Below, one piece after another: positions 19,490 to 31,728 of a DNA stretch of 53,863 nucleotides (position 1 is the first letter of the stretch; every line of letters starts with the position of its first letter). The position numbers were made by a program, and so were the translations under genes. The DNA is taken from contig NKIB01013667.1 in the NCBI GenBank assembly GCA_002256025.1, forward strand, positions 1 through 53,863, in the 5' to 3' direction. The DNA is from Asterionella formosa. Its lineage: Eukaryota. The notes beneath the pieces were generated by a model, which was not told the origin of the DNA, made no database searches, and worked only from the letters and a program-made list of their open reading frames with translations.

Positions 19490-20230
19490 AGCGATTGATG
19501 AGTTGCATTTGTTCAGCTTTACCGGACAGGTCGGCATTTATGTAGATGAGATATGAACAGGTACATACAATGAATTCTACACACGAGTGTACCACATGAC
19601 AGAATCCGGAATCCAGAATCTGTTTACAAGCCCAAGCCATAATTGATGTCAAAATGCGGCAACAAACTAAAGAATACACAATGCATACATGAAATCGTGC
19701 TATTTCGAGGTGGTGTTTGATATGATCTTAGCACATCATGACAATAAATAGCAATTCAGTTCAAAAATTTTTGGCCTGCTAAGATTTAACTGGCACCAAA
19801 AAGTACAAATTTGCTAGGTAATTACTAGGTCATCATGAAGAACAACTTTTATGAACAAGAAAAAAGCATGGAGAAGATCTATGGTCACAATGAAGAAGAA
19901 AAATTCATATTGTCTGGAAGTAAACAAGCGGAAAATAATTTGGGGTTACTAGCTAACAGAATATGTAAACAATCAATTCTACTTGAGTCGAGCTTTGATT
20001 GACAAAGTATCACCATGACAAAGGATAATAATTCACATGGAAAGAGAAATTCAATTTGGATCCAGTGAGCATTCAATTGAAAAAACAGTTCGTTCATGTT
20101 TCTGTCGACTTGTTCGAAAAGTTCATACATACTGTTTGTTTTACAGGATAATCTATCATTTTATGAGGAAGACTAGAGATGATTCATATGGAAAGAAAAA
20201 ATCGATTTGGGTCTACTGAGAGTTGAACCA
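19490..20230 (-). repeat. Dispersed repeat family A, copy 1 (homologous, inverted, to 38780-39810)
   Basis: Reverse-complement blocks match, e.g. gattctggattccg..tcatgt.gtacact, aatgctca.tggatccaaat, gacccaaatcgattttt, atgatagattatcctgta. Confidence 0.75.
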
Positions 20231-21562
20231 AATAAAATAATCAGGTCTGTGTTGACTAGGTTGAAAACAGCTTTGTTGTGTTGGATAATCAAGGGTCATA
20301 TCATGAAAGCTAATGATTCATATTGAAAGTGAGACTCAATTTGGGTCTGCTGAGAGTTCAACTCAATGAAAAAAATTCAATTTTCGTCAAATAATTTAAA
20401 CTGCGAATAAGTTGTTTTGAGCACAATGAAAGACTTGCCTACAAAAAGGGGAGTACAAATGGTCCATAGACCATACTATCCTTTTTGAATTGTAGGAAAA
20501 TTTCATCGTCATGAAGAAGGTTATTAATTCATGAATTTGAAACTAAGATATGGCGTCGGTCCACTGACAGCCAGTTCAACTCGAGAAATGTAATATAATT
20601 TGAGGTGCATCCACTTGTTAAAACGAAAACCAACATAGCTGATATTGAGTTGTGGATTTTGTAATCATAACAAAGGATATTATCATATATGGAAATTGAA
20701 GATTTATTCGGGTTTGCTGACAGATTTATTAAAATCAAATTCTAATTGAGTGGAGTTTTGTTCGAGGAAGGGAAGGTTTGAACGATAAGCTGTCAAACAT
20801 GCATTAAACATGGTTCTGCTGAGTATAGCCAAGTTTTGTGGGCATGATGGAAGGAAGGGAAAGATTTGTGACAAAAGGAAATAATATAGTAGTAGCAAAT
20901 CAAAAAATAAAGAATAAACATTTGTTTTAATATTATGAAATATGCTTTACTACTTAACTTGCTTAGCTTGTGCATTTCAATTGCATCAACTATTCAATGA
21001 CTTCCTGCAAGCAGGCCTACCAAGCGCAATAAGCCTTCGCCAAAAGAACGATTAATGTGGGCAGCCATCAAGTCTTGCAGCAATGAAATGATGGAACAAT
21101 AGCGCCATGGTGTGTAAGTGTGTTGATCATGATGCATGTCTCAAAATTCTTTGAAACACACTTGAACACCACACACTTGAACTCAAGAAAAACTGATCCG
21201 TGTACCCAACACGGGATTCCGTAAATTAATTTAGCCTTTGGTAGGATGCTACTACGATCTAGCACCAGGTAGGTACCGGACAATCGTCTGGGAGAACGCT
21301 GTGAAGGTGATCTTCACAATAACTTCAACCGAAATCACTAGCGTCACTGTGTTCATCTTGATGATCAACAATTTGATCATTTTCTCAAATGCAGTACCAC
21401 CAGACGATTGTCCAGTGAAGGTACACAGAATCCTGGTAGTTTGTCCGGTAAAACTGATGATATGTATCGATGTTTTTGCCTAGTTGGAATCATACCATTG
21501 ACCAGACCGGTGTCATAGTACCTCGTACAAGTTAAAAACTGCTACGACCCATTGAGTTAGGG

Positions 21563-21910
21563 TGTTTGTTTGTCTCCTCCGACTATTGGTAAATTCTACC
21601 GAATGGCGGACCGGTTTGCTTGATAGCGTCAGTGCAGCATCCATCAATCAAGCTGCTGTGTTAAAATTCACATGGAACGATTTCATCAGAAGATTCAATG
21701 ATTATAAAACAACTAAAAAGTGATTTCAATCGGTCATGGCAGTATGTACTTTTTTCTGGATAAATGTATATACATGTATATACATTTTCGAGGATGGATT
21801 AGGTCATGTGTTACAGCACTTGTCATGCATGTTATTAAGCACCTTCTGAAAACCTGGTATGTACTCCCTACCTGGTATACCGAAACCAGACCACATGACA
21901 CATATGCATG
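21563..21910 (+). repeat. Dispersed repeat family B, copy 1 (direct homologue of 38445-38775)
   Basis: Shared blocks gtttgtttg.ctcctccgact, catcaatcaag, aaagtgatttcaat, tacattttcgaggatggatt.ggtcatgtgtta. Confidence 0.8.
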
Positions 21911-22618
21911 ATGCCACATGCCACAGACCTAATAATTTTCCATCTCACTCCGAAGAAGACAATGCCAAGACAAGATTAAAATTGTTGCAAATGAGGTTAA
22001 GATTCAATTCAATTCAATTCAATAGCTATCGTAAATTTTATATTGATCACCATCTTATATAATATGACATGGAGACTTCTTAACTTACCCTAAGAATCCG
22101 TATTCTTCCTGGTATTTTGGTCGATTGACTATTTCAGGCAATCTATTGAGATGAACAACTTGATCCAAATCTCAAACTATTTACATAGCTGACTAGCGTA
22201 TATGCTTGGGAATGAGCCAGAACTCTCAGAATTTGCATTTACGTACATTTTGATAGCAAAACGTGTTATTCTGCGTTCAATAGGTCAGAGCAGTACAAAA
22301 ATATTCTCAATGGGTTATGGCAGTTTTTTACTGGTACCTGGTATCAACAGACTCGAAAACAGCAAGTAGCGATCCTTTGTTTCCTGAAACGAACAACATG
22401 GCGCTGGACAGGCGGTTATTCATTTTAGTATGCATGCATCAAGAAATGTCAGAAAATCCATGAAATTCTCCTGGTCTTTCCAAAATTTGCTTTTCTGGAC
22501 AAAGTGATCAAAACGACAAATAAGCATGGCTCAAAAGGCGTTACATAGGATTTGAAAATTTGAATGCAACCATCAGACCAAATAGCTTCCTACCTTAATA
22601 TCATATTATTTCTTCACT

Positions 22619-22704
22619 GGGGAATGGCTTAGTGGTGTGCACACCTTCTGAGGTGGCCAGTTTGATTCCTGAATCCTCCACCTGCTTTGTTTATTAAGTC
22701 CCTA
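22619..22704 (+). mobile_element. tRNA-derived SINE-like head (Pol III A and B boxes)
   Basis: TGGCTTAGTGG ... GTTTGATTCC; aligns with the reverse complement of 44543-44637. Confidence 0.55.
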
Positions 22705-22770
22705 CGACTAGAAACTGCAGACTCCAACTAAAAACTGCTGACTACGACTAGAAATTGCTGACTATGACTG
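22702..22770 (+). repeat. 20-bp tandem repeat, ~3.5 copies (CTACGACTAGAAAYTGCWGA)
   Basis: ctacgactagaaactgcaga / ctccaactaaaaactgctga / ctacgactagaaattgctga / ctatgactg. Confidence 0.85.
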
Positions 22771-23487
22771 GTGAATTCCATTAGCAAACCGTCATCCGGT
22801 TGATGGATATCATTGCTTGTATGAGTAGGTGAATACAATTTCGACTATCAGAAGACGACTTGGATTTAATGAATGATAATTTAAAATTGAAGAAAGTTAC
22901 CCAAGAGAGTTTGGAATGAAAATCCAATCGTGAGTGCTTCGAAAATGAAGGGTGTGCATTGAACGTGTGCTACTGGACCTTCCAGCAGTACATAGAAACT
23001 GAATAAAATCCTATCTTGGATGAGGAACATCGATGGAAGCAAATGCGAACTCTGAGTATATTTGTTCAAGCGCGAGAATTTGAACGAGTTAGTTGGTAGA
23101 TTTGTACGTTGCTCTGCTATGGCTACTCCCCACATTTGGGGATACGGTACCCTGCTAGTATCATTTGGGCCGTGGTTCTACATACAATTTCATATGTATG
23201 AAAACGCACTTTGCATGTGTCTCGACTGGGACCCTTCTATCGATGTAGCACAAGGTACCAGGTACCTGGGGTTAGTACCTACGGTAGATGCACTCTGGTA
23301 GTCCCTGTACCATGAACGGAAAATATTTAGAAAGGAGGCGAAGAGGGGGTCTTGTTTGCATATCCGCTTGTTTACAACCAGCTTCAATCAACAAATTCAA
23401 GTGTCATCAAGTAACATCAAACATCCCCGCTCCTTATCTCCGCGACTGCAGTAATCCAAGCAACGATCACATCCCATATCACACATC

Positions 23488-23862
23488 ATGATCAGCACCA
23501 TCCGTCCGTACATGAATATCGCAGCCACTCCACAGTATTTAGTAGACGATGATCGTTTTGATATGCCAGAGTTAATTCGTCCGAGGCGGCGAGGTGTCCG
23601 AGAATTTTCGCTGGAAGAACTATTGGGAGTCATTCCTGCGCCTCCTCTGGAAGAACCTGTACAACCTACAGCAATGGTTGAGATTCAGGGGCAAAAAGTG
23701 CCAGATAATGTCACACAAAATTCGCCGATCAAGGCCTTGGAGAACGAAACTGGCATTTCAGTTGAAACAAGAACAACGACCGAGGACGAGCAACACAGGG
23801 ATGTCCACGGCATGAAAACGGGTCCGTCCCGCCGTCACATGAGCTTACCCAAAGCGGCTTGA
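23488..23862 (+). CDS. Small hypothetical, probably disordered protein (124 aa)
   Basis: ATG-started ORF with coding-like composition in an otherwise AT-rich region; no family recognised. Confidence 0.55.
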   Translation: MISTIRPYMNIAATPQYLVDDDRFDMPELIRPRRRGVREFSLEELLGVIPAPPLEEPVQPTAMVEIQGQKVPDNVTQNSPIKALENETGISVETRTTTEDEQHRDVHGMKTGPSRRHMSLPKAA

Positions 23863-24612
23863 TGGAAAAGTTTAATCGATATGTTGTAAAACAACGTTTT
23901 ACTTGCGATACTAGGACACTGATTCATCTTGCACCATTTGCATGGTGTGGTCGACTAAATAACTCATTGATTGATAGGGTCCAAATGTTTCCATTCATAG
24001 ACAAGGAGTGCTTTATATAGCGAGCTTTCTTGCTAGGCTCAACACTTAAGCCGCACAGATAGCCGTCGTTAAACATTGAATTAGCGGCCATGCGAAATCA
24101 GGATGTTGCTATGTACTTGCATGCAAGTTCACGCCACATCGCGGAAAGTGCTAAACATTGCCTAGAACTTCATGCAAGTTGAATGAGTTACACTACTTCT
24201 AGTGTCTCCTCCAGATAGAGATTTCCCATATTGGAGAGGTCAGTGCCTTTGTTGCACCTAGCAAATGAAGACGGTTATTATTCTCCAACGAGCAATTCTT
24301 GGTGACAGCAGCGTGTACTAGCAGCCAGGTTCTGGTCGTATCCATGTGTGCCAAGTATTACGTAAGACGAACAAGAAGACCTACGTAATTATTAGCTTCC
24401 TATGAACCTCTAGCAAGCTACTAAAATACAAACCAGGTAGGAGAATTAAGTTGAGAGATTTATTCATTCATTGATATACCGGTCTTTCTTGGAATAGGTA
24501 AACGACGAAAATGACTTCTTCGCACTTGAAGAAAGCTCAAAGGCGTTGTATGATGAATGCATTCCATTAAACAAAATTTTGAAGCAAACATGCAATCATA
24601 TACATCTGCATT

Positions 24613-25794
24613 TCAATTGCTTCCGTCCTTAGTCTCATCCTTGGATTCCTCCTTTTTGTCACTTTCATTGAAGTTTCGAAGGGCACTCTGAATCTGTGGG
24701 TCGTTTGGATCGACACCAGGGAGCGATCCAAGTAACTGATTGACAAAATGAGGATCCTGAAATTGGTCTGTTTTCGCTTCTTCCTCTTCGTCTGGCTGCA
24801 TTGACATTTGAAGGGCCATTTGCATGGCAGCATCTTCATCCGCATCATCAGTTTCAATATCGGCAAGTTCTTGTTTTCCTTCCTCAAGCGCATCAGCTGG
24901 TGGATCATTTTCATTCATAGACATAGCCAACGCTTGCTGCAATAACGCATCTTCCTCACTTAATGCCAACTCCATTGCCGGAGCCGTAGCATCAGACATT
25001 TCGGCATCTTGGCCTCCCTCCGCACCAGCTGCGGCAATCACAGCACGCTCTTGGCGAGCACGTTCTTCTTCCATTGAAACACGGAGGGCCATGGCAAGTT
25101 CCGGGTCCATATTGGGGTCGACACCCCCAAAATCGGCAAAGCCAGCCATGTCGTCACCGCCAGCGGCAGCTCCTGCCTGCGTACCCCCGAAGCCTCCACC
25201 TCCTCCTCCACCAGCTCCATGGACAATAGGACTTGATGCCAAAACATCACTGGGCAAGACTCCAGCTGGAATCGTTATCAAATGACAGGTTCTCTGTCCA
25301 TCGTCTGATCGTCCATTGGCAGCTTCCACCAACTCTCTGAGTTTGCTTTCGTTCTGTTCTAGCTCCCCCATGGCCACGACATCAATCGCTACGTTGTTCT
25401 TCTTGAGAAGCTTTCCTGCTCTCGTAAGTGCTCGAGTCTCAACAGATCCGAGGGGAGATCCGACGAAGAGTACGATGCGCTGAGCTCCATTCTTGTTGCG
25501 TCGGTGCTTCAAAGCCAGCGATGCCACTTGAACTGACGCAGGCACATCTGAGGATTCTCCCTTTAATTGAAGGCCGTGCAAGGCATTCAGAATCTTCCCG
25601 ACGTCATCGGTTGGACTGACAAGTAGCTCAGTACCAGCAGAGACTCCGACTGTCGACTCTGGATGGGATTGCGTCTTGGCCCCGACCAGGAGGTTGGCCG
25701 CGTCTTGCTGAGCTTCCAATCGCGTCGGGACGTAATCTCCGTTTCGCATGTATTCCGAGTTATCCAACAGGATCATGCAGCTTTCGAGGGGCAT
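24613..25794 (-). CDS. RPN10: 26S proteasome regulatory subunit RPN10 (vWA + UIM motifs)
   Basis: MPLESCMILLDNSEYMRNGDYVPTRLEAQQDA, LALKHR.NK...RIVLFVGSP, GVDPNMDPELAMALRVSMEE, LPGVDPND. Confidence 0.96.
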   Translation of the reverse strand: MPLESCMILLDNSEYMRNGDYVPTRLEAQQDAANLLVGAKTQSHPESTVGVSAGTELLVSPTDDVGKILNALHGLQLKGESSDVPASVQVASLALKHRRNKNGAQRIVLFVGSPLGSVETRALTRAGKLLKKNNVAIDVVAMGELEQNESKLRELVEAANGRSDDGQRTCHLITIPAGVLPSDVLASSPIVHGAGGGGGGGFGGTQAGAAAGGDDMAGFADFGGVDPNMDPELAMALRVSMEEERARQERAVIAAAGAEGGQDAEMSDATAPAMELALSEEDALLQQALAMSMNENDPPADALEEGKQELADIETDDADEDAAMQMALQMSMQPDEEEEAKTDQFQDPHFVNQLLGSLPGVDPNDPQIQSALRNFNESDKKEESKDETKDGSN

Positions 25795-26138
25795 CGTGGC
25801 TAGTTCTTGCTTCAGTACAGAGTAACAACGCGACGGGGTTTGTAAAAAGTTCAGCAGCAGAGGAGGCGATGATTTTTATCAGTTTAGTTAGAGCCAACGA
25901 TAATTTTATCATCTCTGTCTGTACTACATTTTTTCGATCGTTCCCACTTGGCTGCTTGTCCTTATCATGACCATGATGGCGATCTTTCGGCATGCTTCTT
26001 GAATGCAATGACTCATTCGACTGAGCCATTTTAGCCTTGCTTGTAGGCAAGCAAGTAGGTACCTGGTACCAGGGAAGTACGTCCCGCTATTCAAATTTCT
26101 GCTTCATAGGCACGGAGGTGCCGTATATACCCGGTAGG

Positions 26139-26547
26139 TGTCAAGAATATTAGCCCGAGTCACAAGGATTGTGGACTCGATTGTAATCGAACGAGTCGAA
26201 TATTGCATTGCCACGTCAATCAGCTGTCTAACGAGATCAAAGATTGAAGATTTCTATGGAAATGTTAAGTGGAAACTCGAAGAGAGTCTTAGAATGACTT
26301 TGCAGGAAGCAAAGATGCATGGAAAGGAAACATTTAGTTTAGCTTATAATTTAATTTGAGTTTTAGATTATCAACCGAGGAAACAGTGTGTTAATTGACA
26401 GGAACAAGGTCAATTAGTCTATCTAGCAGGAAGGCTAGGAGCAGAGACAAGAGAGAAAGTAAGTGGTACTAGGTAGTACTACGATCACGTAAGAGTCTAC
26501 GTGAAGAGAGACCCAACCCGTGGGAAGGAGTACGGACCATTTCAACA
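26139..26547. mobile_element. Solo LTR-like element, copy 2 (TGTC...AACA)
   Basis: ~409 bp, TG...CA ends, inverted homologue of 6099-6475. Confidence 0.65.
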
Positions 26548-26744
26548 TATAGGCACCAGCCTGGAGGCACCTAGCAAAAGGAAGGTTCGGTAATTGAGAT
26601 ATTTAGCTTAAACTTTTCTTAAGTACAAAATGTGTTTCACCGGACCTTTGAAAAGGAGTGCCGGTGCCAGGTACAACAGGATGGGAATACTGTATGTAGG
26701 TTTAAATCCATTTTGCCCACCTGCCCCATCGATGTGGGGTGCTT

Positions 26745-26780
26745 GGGAGGGGGGGGGGGGGGGGAGGGGGGGGGGGGGGG
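26745..26780 (+). repeat. Poly-G tract (~35 nt with two A interruptions)
   Basis: Direct reading. Confidence 0.9.
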
Positions 26781-27978
26781 CGCGGCGCCCCAGTACACGT
26801 AATCAGGAATGGTTTTTAAATACCCCGTCATCCATTTATAACCTGTTTTCCGGTGAGGCACGCCACCCCTACACCTGGACAAGGTAGCTAGTGTGAGACT
26901 TTCACTCACTAAAAACCTGTGTGCAGCCCCAGTCTTGACCAGTATGCAGTCTGCCCTACCCATCGGGTCATTGGCCCATGGAGGAGCAGCAGAGATGCGT
27001 TATGTACCAGGTACCATGGTACCAGGTAGGCCTAAATATTTTATCATATGGCTGGATGCATCATGAATCTAAATTGGTTAGCCATGATTGTAGCTACAAG
27101 CACAAAATAATTCTAGCTAGTACCAGTACAACATAATTTTAGCTTAAGTAAAATGTTCTATATAAATAACAATCATATGAATAAAGTTTTTGTTTATATG
27201 CATCCGCGATCTCATTGTTGTCATCGTTGCATTCATTCATGATGAACATGAAATCGAAGTCCATTGCGCAGCAATGGGTGTGAAATCATTGTTGTGTCTT
27301 CATTGCAACTACTAGTCTACTATATGAGCTTATTTAAGACATTTCTGTACAGTTTCAACTCCAGCTTGTTGCCCACTTTCAAGCTCAAGAGTGTGAAACC
27401 ATTGGGCATGTAGGCATGGATCTCTGTGCTCAACACAAAATACTTCATTTATAGAGCAAATTGTGTCTTCCCGTGCCGCTTCCGGTGTTTAATAGTAGCG
27501 CTACTCATGGTGGAAAGAATGCTATTTGAAGCGGCGCGGGAGGATGTTCTATTGTTGAGTAAAGCAACAGAATAATAACAACATGGTGGATGTGATTATA
27601 GTAACATGCCAATCCAGGCGCAAAATATTATATACTACAGGTTTAGGGTTTATGCTAATACTAGGCCTACAGTGTCTACCCGGTGGCCCCAAAAAATGCA
27701 TCCAGCCATATACCGGTAGCAGTGGAGTTAGTGTACTGGTAAGTATTCATAGTTTTAGGAGAGTATGTCTGTTGGGTTACTGTAGCGCAAGGAGGTGCTT
27801 ACAGTACTGTGCAGAGGTGCTACCTTCCCTTTATCATTGTTTGCTTTTATTGACTTTCATTGCTTTTGAACAGACTGGTACTAGTCAACAAGAACAATGC
27901 CTAGTTATTTAAACATTTATCACTATGAACTGGGAACTTTCAGTTTTTGTAGTTTCTCATCAGATCCTATAAATCCTG

Positions 27979-28370
27979 AAATAGGTCAATTCTATACAAC
28001 ATCAGGATATAGGATAAGATGAGAAAACAGCAGAAAGGAACTGCGGGTTTTTTACTATGCCAAATAAGCCATTTGGTCCGGAATTTTCTAGTCTTTTTAG
28101 CAGCCACATTAGTTTAAAAACAAAGTTCCTTTCTGCATTTTCTCCTCATCAAATCCTATATCCTGATTCTGTATAGAGTTGACCTATTTTCCATATTTTG
28201 ACCCATGACTGTTTCAAAGCATATAGAAAGGGTGTCAAATGGTGAAAGCTCCGTTTAGAGAGATATCAGTACATACTTATTTTACTCCTCGTGAAAAGTG
28301 TTTGTTTGATTACTCTGAATCAATACTCTTTTCAAACCCTAGTTCAAGCTAGGGTGCAAAAGAGGTGACT
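27979..28370. repeat. Foldback/hairpin-containing repeat family C, copy 1 (homologous to ~40315-40600)
   Basis: ~65-bp inverted arms 27979-28042 / 28124-28189; distal hairpin accctagttcaagctagggt; shared blocks tcaaatg.tga.agct...tttagag and gtgaaaagtgttt. Confidence 0.7.
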
Positions 28371-28473
28371 TAGCCACAACAACGTCCACTGATGGTCTAC
28401 CAGGTACCTGGTACCTGGTACAGTACAGGTAGTTCTGATAAGAGATCCAAGCAGAAAACGTCATAGAGTTACC

Positions 28474-29325
28474 ATGAGCCTCGACGAGCTTAGCACAACA
28501 CAACCGGTTCCTTCGCTACACAGCAGAGGATCCCCATTGACACTGGCGGTTGCTGGCGGGAGCGGAGCTGGTAAGGTACGACTTCGTGCTTGACGATGAG
28601 TCAACAAAATGAATTGTTGCCACTCGTCCATTCCCCTCACGATTGAATCCGTACGTAAAGACTACATTATCAAGGGCCTTGTACATGGCATTAGGAGAAG
28701 AAAATGTTACTTATCTGGTCCACGATGACTACTATAAAGGTGAGAAGAATTCGTCATCTCTCTGTAATCATAAAGTGAATCCCTTACTCAAGTCAAAACA
28801 TCGCTCTAATCATTATTATTTTAAGACTTGAGCCACTTGCCTCTCAAGGATCGCGCAAAAACAAATTTTGATCATCCTGACTCATTGGATACTGAGTTGC
28901 TGGTGCAACACATTAAGGCTCTCAAGGAGGGAAAGAGCGTTGATGTGCCAACGTACGATTTTGCAACGCATTCTAGGACAACTACAACTATAAGAAAAGA
29001 ACCGAAAAAAATCATTATCTTGGAGGGCATTCTGCTCTTCACACATCCTGAACTTGTTACAGAAATGAGTATGAAGGTTTATGTAGATGCTGACTCTGAT
29101 GTTCGCTTGTCAAGGCGGATCTCGAGAGATATTGCGGAGCGAGGGCGAACTGAGAAAGAAGTGATTGACCAGTATCACTCGACAGTACAACCAATGCATG
29201 ATGAGCATGTGGAACCATCAAAGAGGCAAGCAGATTTAATTGTTCACTCTAGTCGGCATAGTATGGACGTCGCTGTTAGGGTTCTGACTAATCACTTCAG
29301 GGTCGAAGCGGGAATTGACGAGTAA
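28474..29325 (+). CDS. udk: Uridine kinase; exons 28474-28575, 28661-28739, 28826-29325
   Basis: P-loop AGGSGAGK|TT, HDDYYK|D, NFDHPDSLD, P.YDF.TH.R, ILEGIL, R..RDI.ERGR, EPSK..AD; two GT-AG introns (85 and 86 bp) restore the frame. Confidence 0.92.
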
Positions 29326-29457
29326 AGGGACCCTGGTGTGTGTCCGATAAATGCGCTGCGTGGGTTGGATTTCGACTCAGCCTTCCTTGTCGTCACTACA
29401 TTTGGCAATTAACAGGCGAAGCTGACAACCTAATAACGCGTTTCATCGATCTAGTAG

Positions 29458-29567
29458 AAGGTGTTGCCTGCTCATATATCTTCTCAAATATTCCCATAGC
29501 AGCTAGCCCAAAGAAGGTGTTGCCTGCTAGGTAATTTATCTTCTCAATATTTTCCCATAGTAGCTAG
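29458..29567 (+). repeat. ~55-bp imperfect tandem duplication
   Basis: gaaggtgttgcctgct...atcttctcaa...ttcccatag.agctag occurs twice. Confidence 0.75.
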
Positions 29568-30412
29568 TCTGAGTCTTAGCGAGCTTCCCAGCAGCTCAGG
29601 TTCATGGGTCTAAGATAATGGTAGAGAATACGATGCTACGGAGTACTCCGGAGTAACAAGCTAACGAGGTACCGTTACCGTGGTCTACGACTACCAGGTA
29701 CCTGGTACCGTTAGGTGCACAATATCGGTGGTACCGGTAGACGGGCGGAGCTTCCAGTACCTCCCGGTTCCGCATGTGGTCGACATACTATTTTTTTATG
29801 CTACCGGTATGTAGAATCGTGACGCGTGATTTGAAGCAAGCAAGAATGGGTGTGGTTGGAGAGCGAGTATACCAGGCAAGTTACGGTCATTTTGATTTAA
29901 GAAATTTTAATATCGGATAAAGATTGCTAAAGTTTTAGTTGTAGCATAATTACCACAACTTGCTATGGCTGATATGGTACCTGGTACTGCCTGTATGTGG
30001 ATTATGGATCATCAACGATGGCTGCTAGCAAGGACAAATCGTAATACATACAAAATGATATTGACGAACATCACAGAACCGCAACGTCTTCATTCCAGTT
30101 ACGGGTATGCATGTACACATCGTACCTGGTACCAGTACTGCTCCGTTACTAATACATACCAAGCCCGGTCTGTTTACCAATATTGCCAACAGATCATGTC
30201 TCTTCTCTTTGCAAATCGATTCTGACGAAATCATCTCTGTCAGTGAGCAGGAGAAGCAACAAACGGAGTTCAATCATCATTATTCGCATTGAGCAGCTTT
30301 ATTTCGTAGCACTCGCTCACAAATTGATTCGGAGTTCTTCTTTGACGAGTATTTCTCAGACTCCGAATACTTGAAAACACGTTGCCGTGATATCCCACCG
30401 CATAGTTGCAAA

Positions 30413-31126
30413 ATGGGTGTGATTGGTGACGGAGAATGTTGTCTAAGGGAGCGATGTAAATATGCTCTTTACTCTAGATTCAAGGAACCTCGATTGTACA
30501 AGTACGCTGTCAACGGAAATTGGGACCTTATTCCTCAACGTGCGAAATCTCATCCGAACGAAGCTCAGTTCGTCCATGCATTTGGGTCGCAAGACACTCC
30601 ATTGCATTGTATTCTCAAATCTCGTGCTTTAGATTTGGACTTCCAAGCGCAGCGAGCTTTGGATCGTCTCAAATTTCAAGCTGTGACTGCTCTGTTGTTG
30701 GTCTACCAAGGCGCAGCGTTGACCAAAAATGCTTTTGGACGGACTCCTCTTCACTTGGCTTGCATGGATGTATTGAATGTCGGAGAGGGAGTAGCACAAG
30801 CTATTTTGGATGCGAGTCCATGGGCGGCATCTGTTCAAGACATGGAAGGAAGATCTCCGTTGCACTACTTGGTGGCGCGAAATGACAGAATTCCTTTTTC
30901 GCTTCTTACCAATCTTATTTCTGTTTGCCCCGAGGCCCTGGAAATTAAGGATTCTACCAAGGAAACGCCAATCGATATTGTAATTCTACGAGGAGATGAA
31001 ATTGAGGATGCTGCTCAAATATTGGAATTCATACAGCAGAGATCCAATGTTCATGTTCCAAGTTTGCACGTTGATTCGCTGAATATAAAATCTTCGCAGA
31101 GCAGCAAACGCTCGATCTCTGTGTAA
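30413..31126 (+). CDS. Ankyrin-repeat protein
   Basis: DTPLHC, GRTPLHLAC, GRSPLHYL, ETPIDI repeats; first ATG at 30413. Confidence 0.85.
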   Translation: MGVIGDGECCLRERCKYALYSRFKEPRLYKYAVNGNWDLIPQRAKSHPNEAQFVHAFGSQDTPLHCILKSRALDLDFQAQRALDRLKFQAVTALLLVYQGAALTKNAFGRTPLHLACMDVLNVGEGVAQAILDASPWAASVQDMEGRSPLHYLVARNDRIPFSLLTNLISVCPEALEIKDSTKETPIDIVILRGDEIEDAAQILEFIQQRSNVHVPSLHVDSLNIKSSQSSKRSISV

Positions 31127-31646
31127 AGGAATTTGTGTGATAATTTTCCTCTGATAATATTTATTAAATTACAGGTAGTCGGTAGAGGGTGACTGACTAC
31201 TTTACCCGCTTTCTTTTAGGGATGCAATCTATGTTTTTTGCCAATTATGTACTCCGTATATTACATTTATGGCATGTCTTGTAAACGACTTTATTGAACT
31301 GCAATGTGAAGGGATGGATTTATTTGATTCACAACCCAACAGTCGTCTATCCACCCATGAGCAGAGTTCAAAATTGAGCTATTTGAAGGGAATACTTACT
31401 TACCACAAGTAGGTTAGTAGTATAAAACGTTCGCGTGTCTGTTTCAGTTGAATGATAACCCTTGTCATCGTTACGGTATGTAACTGATGACGGCGGACCA
31501 CGATGGTTCGAACGGCTAATTATCACGATGACGACTATTATTGTTTCCGCCGGGAAAATAAGACACATTCTTTCTCGTTGCCAGTAATCATGGAAGTTTT
31601 TTGACAGGTATTTGAATATATAAAAATATGATTCCAAGTAAACCAA

Positions 31647-31728
31647 GCATTCTTGCCCGAGCGGTCTAAGGGGTTCGACTCAAGTTCGAATGTATTCGTA
31701 CGCGTGGGTTCAAATCCCACAGAATGCA
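31647..31728 (+). tRNA. tRNA-Leu(CAA)
   Basis: Acceptor GCATTCT/AGAATGC, anticodon stem TTCGA/TCGAA with loop CT-CAA-GT, long variable arm, T-loop TTCAAAT, downstream oligo-T. Confidence 0.95.

Noticed and set aside
20960..21283. Cys-rich ORF fragment as a SWIM/transposase remnant
   Set aside because: Too degenerate to assign by eye
22702..22770. Short repeat array as a possible CRISPR
   Set aside because: Contiguous 20-bp tandem units with no unique spacers, no cas genes, eukaryotic context
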